DNA from: Macrostomum hystrix
Lineage: Eukaryota > Animalia > Platyhelminthes
Length of the DNA stretch: 64,000 nt
Assembly (NCBI GenBank): GCA_950097015.1
Contig: CATNEN010000003.1
Coordinates: 3,100,001 to 3,164,000 of the forward strand
Direction: 5' to 3'
A model generated the notes under the pieces. It was not told the DNA's origin, made no database searches, and saw nothing but the letters and a program-made list of their open reading frames with translations. Shown here piece by piece: positions 36,708-48,822 of this stretch. The translations under genes were made by a program, and so were the position numbers. The number at the start of each line of letters is the position of its first letter. Position 1 is the first letter of the stretch.

Positions 36708-38506
36708 TCAGGCCAGCAGGCAGCGGTCCTGGAGCATCCGGAACTCCGACATCGTCAGTTCCCTGGCGCTGAGGCCATAGCAGCGCATTGTGCCATTCAG
36801 ACTATTGTTTGGAATTGTTGAGGAGCCGATGAACAGGCAATTAAAGTTATCAACTTTGGTGAATCCAGGATTATCCAAAATCTGATAACCGACGCCGACA
36901 ATTGTGCCATTGAGATAGAACGACTTCACGGAGCTGCCGCTGAAGATCAGTCCGACGTGCAGCCAGGCGTCAGCAGTGCCAACTGTTGGCAGAATATTTC
37001 TGCTCTCTGTGTACCTCTCATGAGCTGGAGCAGTCGGCACGCCGGAGGTCCATCTGGCAAAGTGATAGAACAGACTTGACGCTTTGGCCAGCGTGTTGCT
37101 GGTGGCGTTCGCGTTGAAGCAGCTGGCGAATTTGTGGTAGAATTGACAGCTAAATGGTTTGCGAGGAGGTCGGGGGTTCGATTCTTTTCGATAGAATAGA
37201 AATTTTACCTAACTAACTGTGAAGGAGAGTCTGTGGTAGACAGTGAAGGAGAGTCTGTGGTAGACAGTGAAGGAGAGTCTGTGGTAGACAGTGAAGGAGA
37301 GTCTTTAGTAGACAGTGATGTGGAGTCTGTAGTAGACAGTGATGGAGAGTCTGTGGTAGACAGTGATGGAGAGTCTGTAGTAGACAGTGATGTGGAGTCT
37401 GTGGTAGACAGTGATGGAGAGTCTGTGGTAGACAGTGATGAAGAGTCTGTGGCAGACTGACGGCAGACATCACTTGCCGTTTATCAAGTGAGTGTCGCAC
37501 AATGAGAAAGGCCGAGTATGATCGACCGTAATCCAAGCGTTTCTCAAAGCCAGGTGTCTCCGCCACCAGTTGAGAAGCTGTGAAGCCGCTAAATTTGGCT
37601 CCGTCGGATCCGATGTTAACCAGAATTCCATTGTTGACTAGGCAGGACCTTCTTGGCCCAGCTTCGTTGATTAGGCCGCTTTTGGCGAAGCGATAAAATA
37701 GCAGCATGTTCATCTGTGACAGCTGGCTATCCGGGCTGTCTGATGGAGTTAACAATTGTTTATTTGCGGGTACTTTTTGCCATTAAACACATGGGTTAGT
37801 TTGTCACTCTCGATATTAAGTTTTCACTCTATGCTGGACTTAGGTACGAGTACTGTAAATGTTACTTTGTCTTTCTAGGTGTTACTTTTTCAATCTAGGC
37901 GTTTCTCTGTCGCACTTACGGTTAATTTTTCACAATAAACGTAATTTTTCACTCAAAAAGTTACTTCGTCATTCATTCTAAAAGTTACTTTTCACAACAT
38001 ACGTTACCTTGTCACTCTAGATGTTTACCTAGTCACTCTAGACGGTACCTTGTCACTCTATTCTAATTTCACTCTACTCAAATTGTCACTCCGAGTTTAG
38101 CACTCCGCTCACCCGCTGAGTCATCAGCCGCACTGTACAGGTAGGCGTTGCAGTCCCATCCAGGCCAGGCCTTCGGGTCCTTCGCGCTGCACGAATCACC
38201 CAGAGAACAAAGACCTCCTGCTCCACCAGCTGCTCCAGAATTCTTCGCAATGTCCGTCCGCACATTGTTGGCAGAAAACCGGAAACCATTGCATCGAGCT
38301 CGTCTAGCACAGAGATCAGCGCAAGCTAGCTTATTTCTGACCGACACTAAATTGACACTTCCGGCTGACGTCGCAGGACAAATCCGCTGCTGAATAAACG
38401 TCGGATTAGTGAACAATGGGTTAGCAATTTGACAATGACCTAGCAGCCAGTACTGACAGAGAAGGTCAAGAATTACTGCAGAGACTACAGAGGAATTTAT
38501 TAACAT
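36708..38506 (-). CDS. Secreted protein with PAN/apple domain plus ConA-like/LamG (pentraxin-like) domain (exons about 38506-38113, 37739-37478, 37149-36708)
   Basis: Signal peptide, CADLCARRARCNGFRF...CSL (PAN), WLHVGLIF...FYLNG...LFIGS...LNGTM...REL (LamG_3-like). The second intron boundary is uncertain. Confidence 0.7.
37216..37458. repeat. Intronic minisatellite, 24-bp unit (GAGAGTCTGTGGTAGACAGTGATG)
   Basis: About 10 copies. Confidence 0.92.
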
Positions 38507-38896
38507 TTTAGCTATTGAAATACTTCGTATTTTCTATATGTCAGGATTTTAACACGTTTATATACACGCCTATAACAGATACTTCTAAAATCTTGACTGA
38601 AAAATCGTGATTCCTGATTTCTCTTGTTTTAAAATCGATTTGCGCTGTTTAAATTTGGACAATTAGCCAAAAAAGATGCCAATCAGTGTGATTTTAATTG
38701 CAAGTCGCTTAAATGATAGTTAATTGTTCACAGAGTGTTTACGTTAGACTAACAAAAGTTACAGCTTTTATGTTTCCCCATCAATCACTTTTGCCACAAT
38801 GGGAAGAGAAACAGATGCGAAACAAATATTAAGTCGAATAAACCATAGCTGACCAGAAGATGGTTCAGGAAACAGCAGCGTGATAGGATTGACAAG

Positions 38897-39618
38897 AGAG
38901 ATGCGACATAGGAGAGATGAGACACGGGAGGGATGAGACATGGGAGAGATGAGACACGGGAAAGACACGGGAGAGATGAGACACGGGAGAGATGAGACAC
39001 GGGAGAGATGAGACACGGGAGAGATGAGACACGGGAGAGATGAGACACGAGAGAGATGAGACACGAGAGAGATGAGACAGAGAATAGATAACAGGGGGAG
39101 ATGAGACACGGGAGAATTGAGACACGGAAGAATTGAGACATGAGAGAGATGAGAGACGAGAAAGATGAGACACGAGAGAGATAAGACAAGAGAGAGATGA
39201 GACAAAGAATAGATTACAGGGGGAGATGAGACACGGGAGAATTGAGACACGGAAGAATTGAGACATGAGAGAGATGAGAGACGAGAGAGATGAGACACGA
39301 GAGAGATGAGACAAGAGAGAGATGAGACAGAGAATAGATTACAGGGGGAGATGAGACACGGGAGAATTGAGACACGGAAGAATTGAGACATGAGAGAGAT
39401 GAGACACGAGAGAGATGAGACAAGAGAGAGATGAGACAGAGAATAGATTACAGGGGGAGATAAGACACGGAAGAATTGAGACAGAGAATAGATAACAGGG
39501 GGAGATGAGACACGGGAGAGATGAGACACGGGAGAGATGAGACACGGGAGAGATGAGACACGGGAGAGATGAGACACGAGAGAGATGAGACACGAGAGAG
39601 ATGAGATACTTGAGAGAT
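38897..39618. repeat. Minisatellite, 18-bp unit (GAGATGAGACACGGGAGA), same family as 55217-56040
   Basis: About 38 copies with higher-order blocks. Source of several spurious ORFs. Confidence 0.93.
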
Positions 39619-39817
39619 GAGTGCGTTAGGATGGCAATTCGCAATAAAACTTTGTTAAATTTCAATCGCCATTTTTCTAAATGTCTACTCTAAGTAGGTG
39701 AACTAGATAGTTCACTGTTTTATTTTTAATTTCTGCCGCAAAACTTTCACAATAGGCGCATGGGGCTGTATATTCAGCACTATCTTTATAAAGCCATTTA
39801 GCCATGCCATTAACACT

Positions 39818-39924
39818 GGGCAGGCAAAGCCAAGCGGTTACATCGATAATTAAATCATTGATTTCCAGACAAACATTCTGACAGAATCTGCCACACAGGT
39901 ACTGCTGGCGCAATCCTGTCTTTT
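39818..39924 (+). ncRNA. Vault RNA-like gene D (107 nt)
   Basis: GGGCAGGCAAAGCCAAGCGGTTACATCGA ... ACTGCTGGCGCAATCCTGTCTTTT. TATAAA at 39787-39792. Confidence 0.75.
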
Positions 39925-40656
39925 GTGATAGCAACTCAGTAGGTGCAATAATCAATACCAGATTTTATTTAGTGTTTCAAAGAATAAGACAAAATTGCAC
40001 GATCTAGTCGATATTTTAGTCTGCAGTCAAAGGGAATATTGCTTTTAGAGCAACTTTTTCGTCGTAGATTGACAGATTGACAGATATTAACATGAAAGAA
40101 TTGTTTTCTGCTATTGCACAGCTTTGAAACTTATCTAACGATTTCCTATACAAAAGTGGATTCATTTAGATATGTGTATCTTTATATAGAGCCGAGAGTT
40201 TAACAGTAGGAAGACCAACTAACATTTTCCGATTCTTGTCGAAGTGTCTGGTGTCAAAAGCCACCAATATTTCAGCATGAAAAATGTCGATTCATATTGT
40301 TATAATGTATTGATTATTTTGTTAATAGAACTTGTATTTATCTAATGAAACCAATATGGATTCGTCATACTAAGTTAGTTCATCGTAAAGGGCGGAAAAC
40401 TTTGATCAGATGGTGGAATTTCACGAAAATCGGTCATTCCGTTCGGGAGCTATCGTGAAGTAGGCAGGGAAATACCCACGTGGTTTTTCCCAGGTGAAAA
40501 AATAGCGTGATGTTTCTACTCTTATAAGTCCATCTAGTGCATTGTGAGGAATATTATAAGGTAAGTGGCCTTAACGCCAAAAAATGTCTATCAAATTTGA
40601 TTGACTAAAGCCATTGTGAGTCGTATTAATATAGAGTTGGTGTGGAGTTATCTGAT

Positions 40657-43287
40657 CTAGTTGATGGTCTCGCCAGTTCGGGTCGTACTGGACGTCTCCA
40701 CCAATGTCGTTCGGACAGTGGAAACGTTGTAGTTCTTGACCAGTTCGGCCCGGTCGAATACAACGGCGTAGACCTTGGGCAGGAACAGGATGCTCACTGC
40801 GAACAGGTTGGTGAAGAGCAGAACAAAGACCAGCAGAGCGGCGGCTGAGGTGAGCGAGGCCAGCGTGACGAGGCTGGGGATGAAGGCGATCCACACGAAG
40901 GTGGCGCAGGCGCTGAAGGCCAGGATGCACTTGCTGTCGTGGAAGTTGTCCGGCAGGCTGCGGATTCGCACTGCCAGCGAGCACGTGACCAGCATGAGCA
41001 GCAGGTTGAGCGCGTAGGGAATCCACTGGCTGCTGGAGAAGTAGTCGCACTGGAACTCCACGACTGGCCGGGTGTCGGAGCGGAGGCCGTTGAGCACGAG
41101 CTTCACGGGCCGGATCGGACGGACGATGAGGACGCTCGACAGCAGCACCACCTGAGGGAAGAAATCACAGGTCATTTATAGCGATTGCTCAAAATCCATT
41201 GATCAAAATCAGCGTGACGAACCTGCAGCAGACAGAGCGTCACCGTCATGACGACCACGGCTCGGCGACCCGTGAACTTGAGCGACGATGCGCCTCGCAT
41301 CGATCCGGAGAACACGCGGTAGATGCGAGCGCTCTTTGTGAGCAGAGCCGCGTACACCATGGTCAGGCTGAAGTGGTACAGGAATGCCTGCACGTTGCAC
41401 ACGGTGAGGGAGGGCTCACCGAAGAACAGCGCCACATCGACCAGTCCGAGCTGGATGCCCACCTGCTGGAAGAGGCTCAGCTCGAGCGAGGACGCCTTCA
41501 GCAGCGGCACGCTCGACCTGGCGAGAAAGAACACGCCCGTCGCAATGGTGATGGCGGAGCCGAGCGACGCGACGCTGATGAACACGATGCCGCTCGTGTC
41601 GCTTGGTCGGAGAACGGTCAGGTCGAGCGGTGAGCAGCGCGAATAGTTTGAGCTCGGCCAGGTGAGTGAGGCGCACTTCTCGCACTGGGTGCCGTTCGAC
41701 CCGACGATCTCGTCCGAGCTGCAAGGCCTGCACACCCAGCAGCACTTGCTCACCTGAACTCGGTACTCGTGACTGCCGCACGGCAGAGAGCACACACTCA
41801 TTGGCACCTGCTGCTGGTCGCTCGCCACACTTCCCGGCCACGAGATCAGACTGCGGTTCAAGCTGAGACCGAGCTCAGAGCTCCACACTCCGACAGTGAG
41901 GCTCGAGCTCACCTGCTGACTGCTCTGGTACAGCACCACATACGAGGCCGGACCGTTTCCGCCGCTGTCCAGCTTCACCTGTCCAGTGTAGCCGGTGAAG
42001 TTCGTCCTGTACAGCTGCTTCAGCAGCAGCGGTCCGGTCACGCACTGGAGCAGCGACGACTTGTTGAGCTCGGGCTCCAGACGAGCCGCACTCGGACCTG
42101 GCCACCGCGTCGATGGCGTGAGCGAACGCGAGAAACGCGTCCAGCATCCGTGCCACCGGAGCCACGATGCTGGCCGGCCTGAAGCTGGTCGACTCGGACA
42201 GCCGACGGGTCGAGTTCGCGAAGCAGCAGGCGCAGGCCGAGCAGTTCATCAGCTGGTCGAACATGAGCGCTCCGTTGTACATCGGCGAGAGGTCGGCGTA
42301 GGTGAGGTTCCGGTACCATTCGATCAGGTCTTGCGTAGGGAACAGCTTGAAGTAAATCGTGAAGGTGGAGTTGGTAAAAACATTTTTATTGTAGTTTCCG
42401 TCACTCGTCACAATCGTCACTCCCGTTCTTCCGACCGCCTCTAGCAGGCGAGTTGTTTGCAACTGACCATCGATGTCCTTCAGCCAGATAAGAGCTCTCA
42501 TATTGGGCTGCTGGTTGATTGCGTCTATGACATCGGCTTGTTCTGTCGCGCTGGTGTGCGGAATGATGAAGGCCAGGCAAGCCTGCGGAAATCTAGAAGG
42601 CAGACTGGACGTCAGCTGCAGAGCAATGTTCGTGTTGTACGCACTTCCAGGGTTGTACAGGAGGCCAATGTAGGTCCAGTTGAACTCTTTGAGCAGATCG
42701 ATCATGACCATAGCCTGGTATGAGTCCGGACTCACAAGCCGTACAAAGTTTGGATACCGAACTCGATTACTGAGGGCGTCGCTGCTGCACTCGGTTCCGA
42801 TCGAAGGCAGCTGATCGTTCTGCAGTATGGACATCATGACTTGGGTCACGGTGCTAGACCAGCCGCCCACTACGCCGTGAACCATGTAGACAGGTTCGGT
42901 GTCAATGCCGTTTAGGTAGTTGCACCTGCGGTCAGGTGGTAGCAGGGCAGGGCGACTCCAAGCAGCTCGAACCCTACTGGCACCATCTGCGCCCAGCGCC
43001 TCCAGGTAGCAGGTCTCATGAAACACGACGCCAATTGTGACATTCGCCCGGCTAAATATCGTTCCTGGCAAGCGGGCGTTGATCGTCTGTCGGATGTAGT
43101 ACGGCACGATACGACGCAAAAACTGCGTCTCTTCTAGAGCGGTGTTGCAGTATCGCGTGTCGTGCAGCAGTGCCAGCATGAAGTCGCCAGACAGGCAGAA
43201 GCCATCTGTCTCGGAGCTGCCTGACGGAGTTGTCGCCAGGAGGATGGAAACCAACGATACTAGAGTCCTGCTGGTAGCTCGAAGCAT
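40657..43287 (-). CDS. Class C GPCR, metabotropic glutamate receptor-like (exons 43287-41223 and 41151-40657), with an apparent one-base frameshift near 42081
   Basis: Signal peptide, Venus flytrap (GVVGGWSS, LSNRVRYPNFVRLVSPDSYQA, FNWTY), nine-Cys domain (SVCSLPC...CCWVC..C), 7TM (LLTKSARIYRVF, PDNFHDSK, FLPKVY). 71-bp intron 41152-41222. Confidence 0.88.
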
Positions 43288-44754
43288 TCTGAAGTGCCAA
43301 TTCCAGTTGAATGTTTTTAAACCATCGGGTTTTATAAGCGAAACAACTCATTTAAGACCTTCTTTGTAATCTTCAACAATGCATGTTAGTGTCAGACTCA
43401 ATCAAAAGACATTTCAAAGCCTCAATTGCTATTTTCTAGTTATTTTCCGGTCATAAATTTTGCAGCCAAAATCCATGCTTCAGTAATAGGCCAACACAGA
43501 ACTTCGCTGAGGCACCGCTATAAGTTGCCACTGCTAAGGGCCTTGAAGCAGTGTCTCATATTTCAAGCATGTCATATTTCTCTTGACTGTCTTTTATAAC
43601 AGACACTCAACTTAAGCCAACCCAATCGGTGGGCTTAATAATGGGCGTGGCAAGAATTGAACATAAAAAATTGCTTTGACTGACAACCTAAACCTGTTTC
43701 AAAGCAGGAAACTTAACTGTGTGCCCCACACTCAGTCAAGATCAGAAAGTTTAATCTCAGTTGATACCAATTTAGCAAGTTTTGAGCTACTAAAACTTTT
43801 AGTCTCTCATGATAATAAGTAATGAAATGCTTCCTAGTTTAATTCTGCTTACCGGTACATGTAGAACAGTGCAGCAGAACAATGATTTCTGCTTTAGTTT
43901 GTTTTGTCTTTACATTGAGGTTTTTTTGGTGGCAGTTTGAAGACTATGCAGATTTGTTAGCTCAGTCATCTGGCTGCAGAGCCTATACGTCTTGGCAAAT
44001 CTGTGATTGGTTAAGAAGCAAGAATTCCAATATTTGATCGCCAATGCAAAGTGTATTGTCTTTCTTTAGGCTCCTGAATTAGGAACGAATTGGAAATGGA
44101 ATAAAATTACTCTCTGTAACGGTATGCACTTTTAGAACCACTGTACAGAAACACTTTTAGGAAAACATTGTCTTCGTTTTCATTTATTCAACAATAATTA
44201 CCGTTTAATCACAAACACATAGACTAACAAGATGACGAGTCAATTGACTTCACTAATAAATACATAGCTACTCGTGCCGTTTACCGATTGTGCAATCATT
44301 AATAAGCAGTCACTGTTCTAAATCTGTTGTCGGCTAGAATAGATAAAAAACGACTATTAAGTATTTTTCGGCAGACAATTGTTGGCTTTTAAAAGAAGAT
44401 GAAACATATCTGTTCTTATAAAGCATGCACCCTGTCTCGAGCTGCAGGAGTGTGAATTTGAGTGCAAACAGTGAACGCTCAAATTGTTCTTCAAACGCTG
44501 AGTGGTCCAACAAGTTTAGCACATCATAGACTGCATTTTAGAATTGAGTGTATCTTAAATACACAACTCGGACTCACACAGTTTATAATATTAGCATTAC
44601 AATCATTGCTTCACTAACTTTTTACATCGTCAACGATTACTTTTCTTTTCTACTTTAAGTAGACTATAAAAACATGCGAATTAAAATTAAATAAAACACC
44701 CTACATGTTGCAGCTGCGCGAAATTAAATAGGCGCTTCAGCAGCTCTGCTGGCC

Positions 44755-44862
44755 GAGTAGGCAAATGCTAAGCGGATACTTCGCAATCTCAAACCGATTA
44801 CCAGACTGTCCTTCTGTTCAAATCGAACTCTTCGAAAGCCGCCGGCGCTATCCTACTCTTTT
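44755..44862 (+). ncRNA. Vault RNA-like gene E (108 nt)
   Basis: GAGTAGGCAAATGCTAAGCGGATACTTCGC ... TTCGAAAGCCGCCGGCGCTATCCTACTCTTTT. GAGTAGG/CCTACTC stem. B-box-like TTCGAAAGCC. ATTAAATA about 30 nt upstream. Confidence 0.78.
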
Positions 44863-45190
44863 CTGAGTTGGTGGCAACTCAGTTTATTTCGGGTTAATGT
44901 TGAGTAATTACTTTATTATCGTTGAATTATGATCGTCAAATTTATATTAACCGTTTTGAATTTTAACTAATTAAAATCATCATGCTGATTTTCCGTGCTA
45001 GAATCGAGACAACGAAGCCTTAAGTGCTTACCCGACATGTTGCGAAAAATATAAAGTGCCAACTCATTTTTCACTCTAAAGACAAATCATGAAATTATAA
45101 ATTTTCATCAATCTGAAAGTACTGCGCTATTTTTGTTATGTAAAAACCCTTTGAAAGTTTCGTTTTGTATAAAATGTTTGTTTTCTTTTG

Positions 45191-45226
45191 AACTCTTTCA
45201 ACCCGCTGGCGCTATACTATTCTTTT
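45191..45226 (+). pseudogene. 3' half of a vault RNA-like gene inside a roughly 360-bp tandem duplication of the gene E locus
   Basis: ACTCTTTCAACCCGCTGGCGCTATACTATTCTTTT plus downstream flank similar to 44827-45150. No 5' half. Confidence 0.6.
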
Positions 45227-46767
45227 CTGAGTCGGTGGGAACAGTCAAAATATTATTTTGGCTCGTGTTGTGTAACTATTTTTTTGTTGTAGTTTTATAC
45301 TTTTCGACTTCAGGTTTTGAATTTTGCTTTTTTATTTAAAGCGTGCTAATTTCCTATTTTAATATCATGATAAATATGCATTACATGTTTAACCCGATAT
45401 GTTGCGAAAAATATAAAACATAAGTATACAAAGGTTTTAGTAGTATAATACGAAGAAGCAAACTATCTTTCACGAAAAAGACACAAATAGTGAAATTATA
45501 AATACACGTCATTCTAAAAGTACTTCTGATGTGCTATTTTTCAGATGTAAAAAACTTTTGCGTTAAAATCTAACTTTTTGTTTTTGTTTTATGTAAAAAA
45601 ACTTCAATTTTCAATTTCAATAAGTAGTATGTAAGGGATCTATCGATCAAAGAAAAAAAGCGAAAAATACAAACATTTAGTTGAAATCCGATATTTTTTA
45701 TTCTACTAACGTGTCAACCAAAAATCAAATTGCATTACTGAGGCCGACAACGAGTTTAGTTTTATATGTATATTTTATTGCATTGTGGCCAATTGAAAAA
45801 ATAAATATGCTAGAGATTGAATAGTTAGTTTCGTTTTGCACTTGATTTGTTATACTAGCTTGTTGCACAGTTGAACAGATAAAAATATAAAAAATGTTGA
45901 GATAGAAAATCAGACGATAATAAATATTCGAGAGCGAATAGGCTAGAGAAGCATTTTCAATACAAACGCAAAAAATCAAGTGAACAATGGAAACTGCATA
46001 TATTGATTGATTGATTGATTGATCGAAGGCATGGAGGAGTTGGTTGTTTGGAGTTGTTATCTCGAGTCAAAATTGAAATTTTCAAATCGAGCCAATTACC
46101 ACACTACCCGAATGACTAGTAGAATTAAATGACAGAAAAAACACTGGTTGCTAGGGGTGCCTTAATTTAAATCGTTACTTTAGGTTTCTTTAGTGAGTGA
46201 GCAACGAAAACAGGCCAATAGAAGCTATAGCAGAGAGTTAGCAAAAAGCAAAAGCAGTGTGGGGCATGCAGTAGATATCTTTCTTAATAAAAATGAGATT
46301 TTCAGTTTGTTCCACGCCAAATGTTAAACAGCATATTACTATTAGTAATAAATATTATGCGAACTATTACTACTATTAGTATATATACACATCCACATGA
46401 TAAAAAACACGAATCGTGCAATTCTACAATAATATTTGGTAGAGAAAATCAACAACAAACAGAAAGAGATATATATATGCATGTGCTACTGTGAAACTAC
46501 CAATATATACTTTATGAATAGTATATACGGTGCGTGTGTAACAACATAGAAACTAGAGAGGTGAACAGATATAAAAACTGACTATTTTATTTGTTAAAAT
46601 ATGACATGCGTTAAAAGACTTGTGAATTGTTACCGTATTTTAATAACAATGATTGAGATCGAATCAGGGATTCTGTACACACGACACACACTAGCACGGG
46701 TTTCACATGCTAAAACCGTTTTTAATACAGATGCCTGCTTAAAACTGGTATTGAAATTTCTATATAT

Positions 46768-47415
46768 TATTGAGCTGTGCTCAAATGTGGCATTGAACTG
46801 TGCTCAAATATGTGGCATTGAACTGTGCTCAAATATGTGGCATTGAACTGTGCTCAAATATGTGGCATTGAACTATGCTCAAATATGTGGCATTGAACTG
46901 TGCTCAAATATGGCATTGAGCTGTGCTCAAATATGTGGCATTGGGCTGTGCTCAAATATGTGGCATTGAGCTGTGCTCAAATATGTGGCATTGAACTGTG
47001 CTCAAATATGTGGCATTGACCTGTGCTCAAATATGTGGCATTGAGCTGTGCTCAAATATGTGGCATTGAGCTGTGCTCAAATATGGCATTGACCTGTGCT
47101 CAAATATGTGGCATTGAGCTGTGCTCAAATATGTGGCATTGAGCTGTGCTCAAATATGGCATTGACCTGTGCTCAAATATGGCATTGAGCTGTGCTCAAA
47201 TATGTGGCATTGAGCTGTGCTCAAATATGTGGCATTGAGCTGTGCTCAAATATGGCATTGGGATGTGCTCAAATGTAGCATTGAGTTGAGCTCAAATACG
47301 GCATTGAGCTGTTCTCAAATGTGGCATTGAGTTGAGCTCAAATACGGTATTGAGCTGTTCTCAAATGTGGCATTGAGTTGAGCTCAAATATGGTATTGAG
47401 CTGTGCTCAAATATG
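46768..47415. repeat. Minisatellite, 25-bp unit with internal palindrome (GGCATTGAGCTGTGCTCAAATATGT)
   Basis: About 26 copies. TTGAGC/GCTCAA hairpin in most units. Confidence 0.92.
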
Positions 47416-47977
47416 ACACTGGGTCAGAGCTACTAGATGAGCACATGATAATGAGCACACTAGTGAAGTTTTCAAGCAAGCATCCCATTTTAAAATAGAA
47501 TCTTGGCTATCGGTTTTTTGTTCTTTTACAATAGATAGGAAATCAAAAATGATAAAACAACATCAACAACAACAACAACAACAAGAATAGTACAACAAGA
47601 GATCAACGGGTTGCGAAATTGATTCATCTGAGCACATAATTACAAACGCAGCTTATAACGCATATAGATATATGGCAAAAATACTGTTACTAAATAACTA
47701 ACTACAGATATGAGTTAAATAACAACAACAATTATGTACTTTTAATTTTAATAACTAGAGCAACGTGATAATAACAATAATACCGAAGGCGAAAATAATG
47801 AGGGGCCGTAGTAGATTAGGCCACAGACAAATTGGCTATCCAAATGATGCAGAAAAATTGTAATCGTTTGCCATTAGGTATATTAATAATCACATGTGTA
47901 TCAGCAGCATCAGCAGCAGCAGCAGCAGTGAAAATACAGTTCCAATCTTGACAGCATTTTAGACTGAGTTAGATAAG

Positions 47978-48822
47978 TGACTTGTCTATAACAGATTAGT
48001 GATCGATCTAACAGATTAATGACCTGTCTAAGATATTAATGATTTGTCTAACAGATTAATGACCTGTCTAACAGATTCGTGATTTGTCTAACAGATTCGT
48101 GATTTGTCTAACATATTCGTGATTTGTCTAACATATTCGTGATTTTTCTAACAGATTAATGGTTTGTCTAACAGATTAATGATTTGTCTAACAGATTAAT
48201 GACCTGTCTAACAGATTCGTGATTTTTCTAACAGATTCGTGATTTTTCTAACAGATTAATGGTTTGTCTAACAGATTAATGATTTGTCTAACAGATTAAT
48301 GACCTGTCTAACAGATTCGTGATTTGTCTAACAGATTCGTGATTTGTCTAACAGATTCGTGATTTGTCTAACATATTCGTGATTTGTCTAACATATTCGT
48401 GATTTTTCTAACAGATTCGTGATTTGTCTAACAGATTAGTGATTTGTCTAACAGATTCGTGATTTGTCTAACATATTCGTGATTTGTCTAACATATTCGT
48501 GATTTGTCTAACAGGTGAGTGATTTGTCTTACAGATTAGTGATTTGTCTAACAGGTGAGTGATTTGTCTTACAGATTAGTGATTTGTCTAACATATTCGT
48601 GATTTTTCTAACAGATTCGTGATTTGTCCAACAGATTAGTGATTTGTCTAACAGATTCGTGATTTGTCTAACATATTCGTGATTTGTCTAACATATTCGT
48701 GATTTGTCTAACAGGTGAGTGATTTGTCTTACAGATTAGTGATTTGTCTAACAGGTGAGTGATTTGTCTTACAGATTAGTGATTTGTCTAACATATTCGT
48801 GATTTGCCTAACAGGTGAGTGA
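47978..48822. repeat. Minisatellite, 20-bp unit (GATTTGTCTAACAGATTCGT), downstream of the AGAP stop
   Basis: About 42 copies. Confidence 0.93.

Noticed and set aside
38768-39665. Long ORFs over repeat arrays (also 55133-56035, 58338-59234, 60725-61462, most of 50455-51100, 37233-37460, 53412-53678)
   Set aside because: Translations of minisatellites that lack stops in some frames. They lie in introns or intergenic DNA and have no domain signal.
40410-40530. Possible Helentron/DINE-like fragment (ATTTCACGAAAATCGGTC...GAGCTATCG)
   Set aside because: Single short copy with no verifiable termini.
47978-48822. CTAACAG|GTGAGT splice-like motifs here and CTAACAG|GTAG in 57183-57645
   Set aside because: They are on the strand opposite to AGAP transcription, so they cannot act as its splice sites.
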